From an uncultured Deinococcales bacterium (GTDB taxonomy: Bacteria; Deinococcota; Deinococci; Deinococcales; JAAFIG01), in assembly GCA_964247135.1 (NCBI GenBank), contig CAXTTL010000027.1, positions 1-31,821 of the forward strand: DNA of 31,821 nucleotides, read 5' to 3'. The notes beneath the pieces are model-generated. The model made no database searches. It was not told the origin of the DNA and saw only the letters and a program-made list of their open reading frames with translations. Shown one piece after another: positions 1 through 9,289 of this stretch; the stretch's first letter is position 1; each line of letters starts with the position of its first letter. A program made the position numbers and the translations under genes.

Positions 1-154
1 GTTTTTAAATAGGTTTTTAAACCTCAGAATCTCGAGATTGTCTGTTCAAGCTCGAGATTTTTTGTTGATTCAGCTTTTGTAAAGCCTTTTGGTATCTGAT
101 GAACTGTCTTCTCACCGACCTGGGTTTAGACTTTAAAATGTTTTGGAGGAATTC

Positions 155-1588
155 ATGAAGAAACCCGTTTTTGTTTTGCTGATGGTCGTGTTGTTTGGTT
201 GGGCTAATGTGAACGCCCAAGCCTTCGAGAATTCGCCAGCGCAAGCACTTTTTGACCAGGCATCGTATTATTTGTCATTCAATTATCACGGTTTCTCGGG
301 CACCGACCCGAACAGTGCGGCATTTAATGAGAAGTACCAAAAGCAACTGGATTTGTCGTGTTTTGTGCAGCGTCAAAATTGTGCCTATGACGTGTCGGTG
401 CCGCTGATCAAGGCGATGGTCGAAGAGATCGGCGACGATCACACCAATTACCTCGAGGCGGATGCCGCAGCGGATTTTGTCACCAGCACCACAGGTGACA
501 ACAGCAACGAACAGGTCACGATGGGTTTTATTCCGATTCCGTTCAGTGACGATAAAGGGTACGGCTTGCGGGTGTATGACGTGCTCGAGGGTTCCGGCGC
601 GGCGAGTGCGGGTTTGGCTCGGGGCGACCGAATTATTGCGATCAACCAGCAGGCTTTTGGGCGCGATTTGGCGGCAATGCGCAAGTTGTTGCTCGCCGCC
701 GATGCCTCTGGGCAGGATGTGCGCCTGAGCATTTTGCGTGACGAGCGCACCTTGCTCGAGTTGACCGTGCCTTCGCGCAAGTTGGTGCTCAACAGTTTGC
801 CCTACATGAGCATTAATGGCGGTGTGGCAAGAATTGTGATTCCCGAATTTGTTGGTCCCGCCAAAACCGCGCCGAAATTACACGAGTTGGTCAAACGCGC
901 GATGGATCGTAAGGTCGCTGCGATTGTTGTCGATTTGCGCAATGACCCGGGTGGGGTCAGCACCGAATGTTTGGCTGGGGCGGGCGCTTTTGTTGGCAAT
1001 TACGGGCGTTTGCGCGAATCGCGTTTCGGGCGTTTTCAAGACAATTACCGCGACGGTGGCGTGTACCAAATCGATGAAAAAGGCAAAGAGACCAAAGTCT
1101 ATCAAATTGACAATTCGCAACTTTGGACGGGCAAGCTGGCGGTGCTGGTCAATCAAGATTCGGCATCCTGCTCCGAGTATTTTGCCAGCGACGTTCAATA
1201 CGCCAAGCGCGGCGTGGTGATTGGCGAACAAACCGTTGGCGTGGGCAACACTGGAACACGACTTTTTAACCTGATCAACGGTGGCGGTCTGCAAATCACT
1301 GTCGTCAAGAGTTTTCACTTGGATGGCACGGTTTATTCAGCCAAGGTCACACCGGATGTTTTTATCAAGGACGATCTCGAGGGGTTTGTCTTTACGGGGC
1401 GCGACAACCTGATGGAACGGGCGCTCCAGGAGTTGGGCGTGCGCAACCCTCCAAAAGCTTTGATGAATCAGCCTTTAGACCTGGGGAAGCAAAAGCGTTT
1501 CTGGTTTGAACGCCCCGCCTCTCGCGTCTCGAGCGCCAGCAATTCGCTGCTCGAGCTGGCAAAAAATGCAGCTTGGAGTCTTCAATGA
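155..1588 (+). CDS. S41 family (CtpA-like) secreted serine peptidase with PDZ domain
   Basis: RBS GGAGG before ATG at 155; signal peptide (...ANVNA-Q); PDZ motif GLARGDRIIAIN; S41 motifs VVDLRNDPGG, LVNQDSASCSE and VIGEQT. Confidence 0.88.
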   Translation: MKKPVFVLLMVVLFGWANVNAQAFENSPAQALFDQASYYLSFNYHGFSGTDPNSAAFNEKYQKQLDLSCFVQRQNCAYDVSVPLIKAMVEEIGDDHTNYLEADAAADFVTSTTGDNSNEQVTMGFIPIPFSDDKGYGLRVYDVLEGSGAASAGLARGDRIIAINQQAFGRDLAAMRKLLLAADASGQDVRLSILRDERTLLELTVPSRKLVLNSLPYMSINGGVARIVIPEFVGPAKTAPKLHELVKRAMDRKVAAIVVDLRNDPGGVSTECLAGAGAFVGNYGRLRESRFGRFQDNYRDGGVYQIDEKGKETKVYQIDNSQLWTGKLAVLVNQDSASCSEYFASDVQYAKRGVVIGEQTVGVGNTGTRLFNLINGGGLQITVVKSFHLDGTVYSAKVTPDVFIKDDLEGFVFTGRDNLMERALQELGVRNPPKALMNQPLDLGKQKRFWFERPASRVSSASNSLLELAKNAAWSLQ

Positions 1589-2838
1589 TGCGATTCTTAA
1601 AACCTGTTTTGACCCTGGCTTTTGCCGTCTCGAGTTTGGCGTTTGCCAGTCCGGCACAGGATTTGTTTAATCAAGCCACCTATTATTTGGCGGTTCAGTA
1701 CAACGGGTATTCCAGTGCGGATTACGCCAATTTTAACACCAAGTATCAACCTGCGCTTGACGCGGCTTGTGCCGATTTGGGCGAATCGTGTCCGTTCACG
1801 GCGGCGACGCCGATCATTTTGCAGATGCTGACGGAATTAAACGATGGTCACACGTATTTGCTGACCAAGGAGGCGGCGCTCGAGGCGCAGCGTCAACGGG
1901 CGGGGCTTGGTCCGAGCACCCCCAAAATTGGCATGGTCACGACAACAGTCAAAGACAGTCCCAACAGGTTGATCACAGACTTGTGGGAGGGTGCGCCAGC
2001 CGCTCGAGCCGGTTTGATGCGTGGGGATGTGGTGGTCAGTTTGAACGGCAAAAGCGCTGCCGAGTTTGCCGATACGTTTCAAGTTTCGATTTCCAAAGCC
2101 ATCTCGACGGGCGAGGTGGTGACTTTGGGGGTTTCTCGAGCGGGCAAACCCCTCGAGTTTAAACTCAAAGGCGAGTTGCTGACGGTGCGTTTGCCGTTTT
2201 TGAAAGTTCTGCCAAATGGTCTTGGCGTCATGCGAATCCCAAATTTTGATGTGAACGGTCAGGTCGCCAGCAAAGTGCATGAATTGGTGGGTCAAGCCAA
2301 CAAGCAAAAACTGCGCGGTCTGATTCTGGATTTGCGCGACAATCCTGGTGGTTTGGTCACCGAATTGATGGGCGTCAGCGCCGCATTTTTGCCCAAAACC
2401 AGTTTGACGTTTGCCGCCCGCGACGGCTCGAGTACCTATACCTCTGAAAATGGTGCGGTCAATATTTCGCAGGGTGTTTTGCAGAATATTACGGTGCAAA
2501 CCATCAGCAAGCCGTCCTTATGGAAAGGGTCGCTCGAGGTGCTGGTCAACAGCCGTTCGGGTTCGGCTGCCGAGTACCTGCCGCAATTTTTGCAAGACGC
2601 TAAACGCGCCACCGTGATCGGCGAACCCACCGCTGGGGTTGGCAACACCGGCATCAGCGCTTTCGGTTTGCCCGATGGCAGCGCCCTCTACATTTCGATC
2701 ATACGGGCGCTCAGAGCCGATTCCAGCCCCTTCCCAGAGCGTGTTAGCCCAGACGTGCCAGTGACCGACGACCTCGAGCTTCTGGCGGCTTCTGGGCGCG
2801 ATGTGGTGCTCGAGAAGGCTTTGGAGTTGATGCCTTAA
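1585..2838 (+). CDS. S41 family secreted peptidase with PDZ domain (paralog of the upstream gene)
   Basis: ATGA overlap with the upstream stop; signal peptide (AFA-S); GLMRGDVVVSLNG, LILDLRDNPGG, LVNSRSGSAAE, VIGEPTAG; N-terminus SPAQDLFNQATYYL resembles SPAQALFDQASYYL of the first paralog. Confidence 0.88.
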   Translation: MMRFLKPVLTLAFAVSSLAFASPAQDLFNQATYYLAVQYNGYSSADYANFNTKYQPALDAACADLGESCPFTAATPIILQMLTELNDGHTYLLTKEAALEAQRQRAGLGPSTPKIGMVTTTVKDSPNRLITDLWEGAPAARAGLMRGDVVVSLNGKSAAEFADTFQVSISKAISTGEVVTLGVSRAGKPLEFKLKGELLTVRLPFLKVLPNGLGVMRIPNFDVNGQVASKVHELVGQANKQKLRGLILDLRDNPGGLVTELMGVSAAFLPKTSLTFAARDGSSTYTSENGAVNISQGVLQNITVQTISKPSLWKGSLEVLVNSRSGSAAEYLPQFLQDAKRATVIGEPTAGVGNTGISAFGLPDGSALYISIIRALRADSSPFPERVSPDVPVTDDLELLAASGRDVVLEKALELMP

Positions 2839-2898
2839 GACGGCGATTGAATATGTAGTCAATCAACTCGAGTTCTTTTATGTTGCTCGAGTTTGCGC

Positions 2899-3897
2899 TT
2901 AAACCAATGTTCTTGGTCTTGTCAGGGCAGGTATCACGGTCATCAAGCTCGAGAGTACAACAACACTTGCCAGCGCAATCGCAACGCTGATGGTCAATGC
3001 ATCGGGCGAGACAATTGATTGTCCGCGCAACGCCTGCCAAGTCGTCAAGAGCATCAAGCCGAAATAACCAAGTCCACCCGTCCAGAGCAGTGCCAGTTGA
3101 CGGTTTTGATTTAAGCGCTTTCGTTTTGAGAGCCAAATGCCAAGCAGCGGTATCAGTTGCAGCGCGTGCAAGCCAATAAAATGTCCAATCCGAATGTCGC
3201 CGTGTTGGGTGTTCCAACCGATCAAGGGCAAACCTGGTTCGGCATCTGGTATGGCGCTCGGGCTGCCGATGGTGTGTGCGCCAAGTAAGATGTTGACTTG
3301 TTTGGCTTGTACTGCTTTCAGTTGTATCGCGTTTGGACCCGCGCTGAGCATTGGGGTCAGCAAACCAACGGCGGTGACGACCAAACCAATTCGGATTGCT
3401 GAAGCAATGACTGGCTGTTGACGCAACCCGCGCCAAACGGCGATTAAAAGTACGACAAAAGCCGCAAACATGGTAAAAATGCCGATGGTCATGGCAATCC
3501 AGAGTGCGGAATCGAACGGCGTGGTGTAATTAAAGTGCATTGGGCGTGCTCGGGTGGCTTGGATCAGAATCATGCCAATCTCGAGGCTGAGAATGATGCC
3601 GATCACGCTGGCGGCAATGTTGGCGCTGCGGCGGGTTTTGCCGTTGGTGATGCCGATGAGCCAGATCAGGGCGAATGCCATGCAAAGGATTGAGACGGAG
3701 AACTTAAAGAGTTTTGACCAGGCGGGCGTGTTGATGATGGCGGTGGCTCGAGGGTCGAAGATCAAGCCCAAAATGCTGACGATCAATGTGCCGCTGGTGA
3801 TGGCTGCCAGAATGGTCAGGGGCAGGTTGGTCTGTCTGAAAGAGGCGATAAATCGGAGGGCTGAACTTGATGGGGTGCTCGAGGTCGCTGGGTTCAT
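2899..3897 (-). CDS. Multi-pass integral membrane protein of unknown function, probable TetR target
   Basis: 332 aa with about 8 hydrophobic segments; HFIGLHALQ motif; AGGAG RBS upstream; divergent from the TetR gene. Confidence 0.75.
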   Translation of the reverse strand: MNPATSSTPSSSALRFIASFRQTNLPLTILAAITSGTLIVSILGLIFDPRATAIINTPAWSKLFKFSVSILCMAFALIWLIGITNGKTRRSANIAASVIGIILSLEIGMILIQATRARPMHFNYTTPFDSALWIAMTIGIFTMFAAFVVLLIAVWRGLRQQPVIASAIRIGLVVTAVGLLTPMLSAGPNAIQLKAVQAKQVNILLGAHTIGSPSAIPDAEPGLPLIGWNTQHGDIRIGHFIGLHALQLIPLLGIWLSKRKRLNQNRQLALLWTGGLGYFGLMLLTTWQALRGQSIVSPDALTISVAIALASVVVLSSLMTVIPALTRPRTLV

Positions 3898-3928
3898 GGT
3901 GGTCTCCTGTGGTTGTTCTCAATTTTCT

Positions 3929-3992
3929 ATCTAATCACTGCTTAATATCCGAACAGTGATAAGATATGCTATAATCTGAACAATGTCAAGAT
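3929..3992. promoter_or_regulatory. Three imperfect 19-bp TetR-type operator boxes plus an extended -10 for a leaderless TetR transcript
   Basis: ATCTAATCACTGCTTAATA (3929-3947), ATCCGAACAGTGATAAGAT (3947-3965), ATCTGAACAATGTCAAGAT (3974-3992); TGcTATAAT at 3967-3975, 7 nt before the ATG at 3983. Confidence 0.65.
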
Positions 3993-4633
3993 CACTGCTC
4001 GAAAACACGCCCAAACACGAGCCGTACCACCACGGCAACCTGCACGCCACGCTGCTCGAGACGGCGCGTTTGCTGGTCGAAGAACATGGCATTGACGGCT
4101 TTAGCCTGCGCGAACTCGCCCGACGGGCTGGGGTCAGCCCCGCCGCGCCCTACCATCACTTCAAAGACAAGGCTGCGCTCATTCAAGCCTTGGCTGAGGA
4201 AAGCCAAATACGGCTTGGGATCGCCTCGCAACACGCCATCAAAGGCATTGACGACCCAATGCAAAGACTGTCGGCGCTGGGGGTGGCATACGTGCTTTAC
4301 GCCTTCGAGCACCCAAGCGAATTTCGCATCATGTTTAGACAAGAACTGCGCTCACCGCTGGGCGAACTCGAGCAACCCGACACTGAACCCGACCCAGCCT
4401 TTGTGCTCTTAAAACAAATCCTGATCGAATGCCGCGAGGCGGGCTGCATTCCCATCACCAGCGAGAAGGCGCTCGAGATCGCGTCCATCAACACCTGGGC
4501 GTTGGTGCACGGACTTGCCACCCTGATTATCGACGGACCGCTGTCGCACAGCTTTCGCACCAAACAGCAAGTGATCGAACTGACCCGCCAGGTGACGGGC
4601 GGGTCGCTCGCGCAACAAATTGCTGGCGCATAA
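3983..4633 (+). CDS. TetR/AcrR family transcriptional regulator (WHG-type C-terminal domain)
   Basis: YHHGNL...FSLRELARRAGVSPAAPYHHFKDK helix-turn-helix; WALVHGLATL C-terminal motif. Confidence 0.93.
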   Translation: MSRSLLENTPKHEPYHHGNLHATLLETARLLVEEHGIDGFSLRELARRAGVSPAAPYHHFKDKAALIQALAEESQIRLGIASQHAIKGIDDPMQRLSALGVAYVLYAFEHPSEFRIMFRQELRSPLGELEQPDTEPDPAFVLLKQILIECREAGCIPITSEKALEIASINTWALVHGLATLIIDGPLSHSFRTKQQVIELTRQVTGGSLAQQIAGA

Positions 4634-4672
4634 AAAAACCTGCCGCCCAAGCTGGCTCGAGCGGCAGGTTTT
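4634..4672. terminator. Bidirectional intrinsic terminator
   Basis: AAAACCTGCCGC-CCAAG-CTGG-CTCGA-GCGGCAGGTTTT hairpin between convergent genes, flanked by A and T runs. Confidence 0.8.
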
Positions 4673-4679
4673 GGTCGTT

Positions 4680-5558
4680 TCAGTTCAAGCTTTTGACGTT
4701 AAACGTATCGCACTTGTTGATATCGCCGGTGTTAAATCCTTGCATAAACCATTTCACGCGCTGGGCGCTGCTGCCGTGCGTGAACGAATCGGGGTTGACA
4801 TAACCTCTGGCACTTTTTTGGATGTGATCGTCACCGATCACTTGGGCGGCATGAACCGCATCTTGAACGTCTTTTTGCGTGATGTGTGCCGCCTCTTGGG
4901 CGGTGCTGCCCCAAATCCCGGCAAAACAATCGGCTTGCAACTCTTGACGCACACTCAAACCGTCCGCGCCCTTCATGGCTGCACCTTGCTGTGCGGCTTG
5001 CATGACCTGATCAGAAATGCCCAACTGGTTTTGCACATGATGCCCAACCTCGTGCGCGATCACGTAAGCGTTGGCAAAATCGCCGCCCGCCCCAAAGCGC
5101 TGACTGAGTTCGGCAAAGAAACTCGTGTCCAAATAGACGTGCTCGTCGCCCGAGCAGTAAAACGGTCCAGAGGACGCGCTGGCTTGCCCACAGGCGCTAT
5201 CGACCGCATCATGAAACAAAATAAGCTGTGGCGGCTGATAGGTGCGCCCGAGTTGCTTAAAAATGCCAGTCCAGGTTTGTTCGGTGCTGCCCAAAATGCG
5301 GGTCACAAAAACACTGTTTGGGTCTTTGGTGTTGACTGGACCGCTGGTGTTGGAGGTCTGAGTCCCTGGCGAGAAACTGCCCATGCCCGAGAGCAAACCC
5401 AGAATTTGCAAGGGATTGACGCCCAAGAACAAACCGACCACCACCGCCAAAATCGTTCCAACCGCACCGACCCGAATGCCGCCGCCCCTCGGCGCGTAAC
5501 CCGAGCCGCCTCCGACCTCTGAGACGTTGGTGCTTTCAGGTAAATTGTTCACATCCAT
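4680..5558 (-). CDS. ypfJ: YpfJ-like neutral zinc metallopeptidase
   Basis: GPFYCSGD, AYVIAHEVGHHVQ (HExxH), ELQADCFAG, PDSFTHGSSAQR; N-terminal TM helix; GGAGG RBS before ATG at 5558. Confidence 0.88.
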   Translation of the reverse strand: MDVNNLPESTNVSEVGGGSGYAPRGGGIRVGAVGTILAVVVGLFLGVNPLQILGLLSGMGSFSPGTQTSNTSGPVNTKDPNSVFVTRILGSTEQTWTGIFKQLGRTYQPPQLILFHDAVDSACGQASASSGPFYCSGDEHVYLDTSFFAELSQRFGAGGDFANAYVIAHEVGHHVQNQLGISDQVMQAAQQGAAMKGADGLSVRQELQADCFAGIWGSTAQEAAHITQKDVQDAVHAAQVIGDDHIQKSARGYVNPDSFTHGSSAQRVKWFMQGFNTGDINKCDTFNVKSLN

Positions 5559-5791
5559 AATGACCTCCGTCAAACCCGAGCGAGCCGAGTTTTTTGTCTG
5601 TCCTCGAGTTTAACGAATTTGGGGGTGGAGTGCCACTCGAGGATTTTATGGTTTGTTTAATGTCCTCAAAGCTGTGGATTTTAGGACTGGCACTTTTTCG
5701 CCAAAGGCTGTGTCAGCGTTCATTCACCGATTGGCTCATCAGTGGGCTTTGGGCATTGCCACAGCTTTTCAATCTCGAGTTATGCTGATTC

Positions 5792-7315
5792 ATGCCAACA
5801 ATCATTCCGCAACCGAACCATCAAAAGTTGCTCGAGGGGCAATTTGTCTTGCTCGAGAATGCCAGCATCGGCGCGAATTCTGGTGCGCGAGCGAAAGCCG
5901 AACAACTGGCTGGGTTTTTACGCCCTGCGACGGGTTTTGCACTGCCAATCATTGAAGGCTCGGGCGGCACCATTCAGCTCGAGTTGAACCCAAAAATTGA
6001 GGGTCCTGAAGCTTATGAAATAAATGTTTCAAACTCGAGTATTGAGTTAAAAGCCTCGAGTGAGGCGGGATTGTTTTACGCGATTCAGAGCTTGCGCCAG
6101 CTTTTTCTCAGCAGTATTTTTTCCGAGTCTCGGGTTGAAAACTCTTGGATTGTTCCGTGTCTCGAGATTCAGGATGCGCCACGTTTTGCCTGGCGCGGCG
6201 CACACTTGGATGTCAGTCGGCACTTCATGCCCGTCACGTTCGTCAAGAAATTTATTGACCTCATGGCGCTGCATAAACTGAACGTTTTTCACTGGCATTT
6301 GACCGACGATCAAGGCTGGCGGCTCGAAAGTTTAAAATACCCGCGTTTGACCGAAATTGGGGCGTGGCGCAAGCAAACCATGATCGGTCACGGGCTGAAC
6401 AAAAATCCTGAATTCGACGGCATACCCCACGGCGGGTTTTACACCCAAGATGAGGCTCGAGAAATCGTGGCGTATGGACTCGAGCGCCATGTGACGGTCA
6501 TGCCCGAAATCGAAATGCCAGGACATGCCCAAGCCGCCCTCGCCGCGTACCCAGAGTTTGGTAACACGGGCGAAACACTCGAGGTTTGGGACAGGTGGGG
6601 TGTCAACGAAAACGTGTTTAACCCGCTCGAGCCAACAATTTTGTTCTTGCAAGGTATTTTAAGCGAAGTGCTCGAGATTTTCCCCAGCGCCTACATTCAT
6701 GTTGGTGGCGACGAATGCCCTAAAACCCAGTGGGAACACAACGGTCCAGCGCAAATCAGAATCACGCAACTCAGCCTGGCAGACGAGCATGAATTGCAAA
6801 GTTATTTCATTGGACGCATGGATCAATTTCTGACCGCCAAAGGACGCCGGCTTGTGGGTTGGGACGAAATTCTCGAGGGAGGCTTGACCGCCAACGCCAC
6901 CGTCATGAGTTGGCGCGGCGAAGAGGGCGGCATTGCGGCTGCCAAAGCGGGACACGATGTGGTCATGACGCCCGAGTACGCCACCTATTTTGACCATTAC
7001 CAAAGCCAAAACACCGAACTCGAGCCACTGGCAATCGGTGGGTTTTTGCCGCTCGAGAAAGTGTATGCCTATGAGCCGATCCCGCCGCAGTTAACCGAAC
7101 TCGAGGCGCGGCATGTTTTGGGGGCGCAGGCACAGCATTGGACGGAATACATGAAAGACGCGGCGCACGTCGAATACATGAGCTTCCCGAGGTTGACTGC
7201 TTTTTGTGAAGTGGTTTGGAGCGATAAATCTTCAAGAAATTATGATGGGTTTCTGGCGCGACTCAAAATTCATCTCGAGCGACTGGATTTGTTAAGGGTC
7301 AATTACCGAAAATAA
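5792..7315 (+). CDS. Beta-N-acetylhexosaminidase, glycoside hydrolase family 20
   Basis: DAPRFAWRGAHLDVSRHF, HWHLTDDQGWR, PEIEMPGH, HVGGDE catalytic pair, GWDEI; no signal peptide; TATGCT -10 box 5 nt upstream. Confidence 0.95.
   Translation: MPTIIPQPNHQKLLEGQFVLLENASIGANSGARAKAEQLAGFLRPATGFALPIIEGSGGTIQLELNPKIEGPEAYEINVSNSSIELKASSEAGLFYAIQSLRQLFLSSIFSESRVENSWIVPCLEIQDAPRFAWRGAHLDVSRHFMPVTFVKKFIDLMALHKLNVFHWHLTDDQGWRLESLKYPRLTEIGAWRKQTMIGHGLNKNPEFDGIPHGGFYTQDEAREIVAYGLERHVTVMPEIEMPGHAQAALAAYPEFGNTGETLEVWDRWGVNENVFNPLEPTILFLQGILSEVLEIFPSAYIHVGGDECPKTQWEHNGPAQIRITQLSLADEHELQSYFIGRMDQFLTAKGRRLVGWDEILEGGLTANATVMSWRGEEGGIAAAKAGHDVVMTPEYATYFDHYQSQNTELEPLAIGGFLPLEKVYAYEPIPPQLTELEARHVLGAQAQHWTEYMKDAAHVEYMSFPRLTAFCEVVWSDKSSRNYDGFLARLKIHLERLDLLRVNYRK
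7274..7306 (+). repeat. 33-bp exact direct repeat, copy 1 (3' end of the GH20 gene)
   Basis: CTCGAGCGACTGGATTTGTTAAGGGTCAATTAC, identical to 9290-9322. Confidence 0.95.
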
Positions 7316-7405
7316 TATTTGGACTTCCAAAACCTCGAGTATCACTACAGCGAATTGAAGCAAAAAATGAACTTCGCTGATCAAAAAGCCTGTTATCCTC
7401 GAGCC

Positions 7406-9247
7406 ATGTTGAAATTGTCGTTGACCGTGTTGACTGGTTTGTTGTGCTGTTCGTTTTCTGGCTGTCAAAACTCCAATGCCGTCATCAATCCAGGCAAACT
7501 CGAGATTGTAAAGCTCGAGTTTGTCCAAACCCATGTGATTCCAAGTGAGGGCAAAATGTTTAGCCTTTCAGGTTTTGGCGTCAACGAACAACGCACCTTG
7601 CGCGTGGTTGCCAACCGTGATGCCCTGGTCTTGTTTCAAGCCATCAACAGTGATCTCACTCAGCCACAACTCGAGGTGCTGCAAAACGATGCAGTCATTA
7701 CTACGATCAGCCTCAACCCCCCAGCCACGCTGCCCAAAACTGAGGCGAATGGTCCAGCCTACTCGAGCAGCTCGTACTGGGCGAAAATTCCAGCCGAATT
7801 TGTCAAGTCGGGTTTAAAAGTTCGTTTCCGAACCAGCGATGCTGTCTCGGAGGCTCGAGTAGTGAACATTGGCGCTCCTGTGGATTTTAATTTGTTTGTG
7901 ATTCCAATTTACTTGTTTGGCGCGACCACCGATTTACTGTCCTTTGATGCGGTCAAAGCGCCACCTCAAAATATCACGGACGAATTCTTTGCCAAAATCC
8001 CCGTCGCCAAACTTAGCATCCTCAACCACCCGCTCGGCAAACTCGAGCTTCCAGAATTGGTCATTGCGCCACGCAACAACCAGGCAGCCTACATTGCCAC
8101 AAGCCCGAGCGATTACAAAGATGGTTTTGCTGGCATGGACGCCACACTCAGTTTGATTCACCGCATCCGTGAAGCCAACGGTGATTCGCCAACCGCCAAC
8201 CAATACTATGGTTCACTGATTCAAAAAGGCACAACAGGTGCGCTTGTTGGCACTGGCGGCGGTTTGGGCGGCGGTCATGCGGGCGTGGGCGATCATCTGT
8301 TCTCGGGCATCTTCATTCACGAGCAAGGTCATGCTTTTGGAATGCCGCACGCCAATGACGGCTTTGTCGCCAAACAATACCCGTATGTGGGTGGCAGTTT
8401 GCTCGGCTCGAGTTGGGGATACGACCCAAAGCACAACGAGTTTCTGGCACCGTTTATTCCAAACTCAAAGGGCGATGGTGTCTGCGGAAGCTACCAAGTT
8501 GACGATCAAAAACGCTGCGTCAAACAAGACCCAATGCAGTCGGGCGCGGGTACTCAAGCCAAAGGGTATCAGTACGCCATGTTCTCGGATTTTAACGCCG
8601 CCCAAGTCCAATGGTATTTTGAAGGCAACCGCTTCACCAACGACAAAGGCGCCCAAGAGTACCTGGGTGGTCGCGTCGAAATTGACTCGAGTTTTGCCAG
8701 TGGTTATAAACGATGGGATAAAATTGATCAAAAATACGTCGAATACACCGTGCCAACCGACGACAAAGGCTTGTACGGTTTAAACGGCAATTTCCCAACC
8801 GAAAAAGCTCGAGCGGTCTACACCATCATGGGAACGCTCAGCAACACCACGCCGACGGTCAACCGCATTTACGCACCCGTCAAATACATTGGAAATTTAC
8901 TGCAACAAATTGATCCAACCTCGAGCGGCGATCTGTCTGACATTCGCCCAAATGTTGGGAAATACCCGTGGTTTTGTCATGCGCGAGGTTGCGATTACAC
9001 GCTGCGCGTCACGTACTCGGATGGTAGCCAGTTGTACCGTTTGATGCAACTGGGGTTTCACAAGTGGTGGCTCAGTCCTGACATCGACCCGACTGCAAAT
9101 GACCCTATCAACCCCAACAGCTTCGGCACTTGGGCAATCAATGTTCCCGCCGACAAAACGACCTCCAAAGTGGAATTGCTGTACACGCCTAAAGGCTATG
9201 AGGGATTGCCGTCAAACCCGACTGTGGTCAGCATCTGGCAGCCTTAA
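7406..9247 (+). CDS. Lipoprotein zinc metallopeptidase, M66 family (dictomallein/StcE/TagA-like)
   Basis: Likely start ATG at 7406 after TGtTATCCT -10; lipobox FSG-C; metzincin motif HEQGHAFGMPH; GGSLLGSSWGYD and KQDPMQSG segments recalled as typical of dictomallein-like proteins. Confidence 0.8.
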   Translation: MLKLSLTVLTGLLCCSFSGCQNSNAVINPGKLEIVKLEFVQTHVIPSEGKMFSLSGFGVNEQRTLRVVANRDALVLFQAINSDLTQPQLEVLQNDAVITTISLNPPATLPKTEANGPAYSSSSYWAKIPAEFVKSGLKVRFRTSDAVSEARVVNIGAPVDFNLFVIPIYLFGATTDLLSFDAVKAPPQNITDEFFAKIPVAKLSILNHPLGKLELPELVIAPRNNQAAYIATSPSDYKDGFAGMDATLSLIHRIREANGDSPTANQYYGSLIQKGTTGALVGTGGGLGGGHAGVGDHLFSGIFIHEQGHAFGMPHANDGFVAKQYPYVGGSLLGSSWGYDPKHNEFLAPFIPNSKGDGVCGSYQVDDQKRCVKQDPMQSGAGTQAKGYQYAMFSDFNAAQVQWYFEGNRFTNDKGAQEYLGGRVEIDSSFASGYKRWDKIDQKYVEYTVPTDDKGLYGLNGNFPTEKARAVYTIMGTLSNTTPTVNRIYAPVKYIGNLLQQIDPTSSGDLSDIRPNVGKYPWFCHARGCDYTLRVTYSDGSQLYRLMQLGFHKWWLSPDIDPTANDPINPNSFGTWAINVPADKTTSKVELLYTPKGYEGLPSNPTVVSIWQP

Positions 9248-9270
9248 CCTCGAGCAGCCTTAACCTCGAG
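9239..9270 (+). repeat. 16-bp tandem duplication spanning the M66 stop codon
   Basis: CAGCCTTAACCTCGAG twice (9239-9254, 9255-9270). Confidence 0.95.
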
Positions 9271-9289
9271 CCTTCAAAACGCCTGTACA

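Noticed and set aside
4620-5522. 300-aa plus-strand ORF
   Set aside because: Antisense shadow of the well-supported ypfJ-like gene; no motifs
7319-7405. N-terminal extension of the M66 ORF given in the ORF track
   Set aside because: The lipoprotein signal and a -10 box point to ATG at 7406
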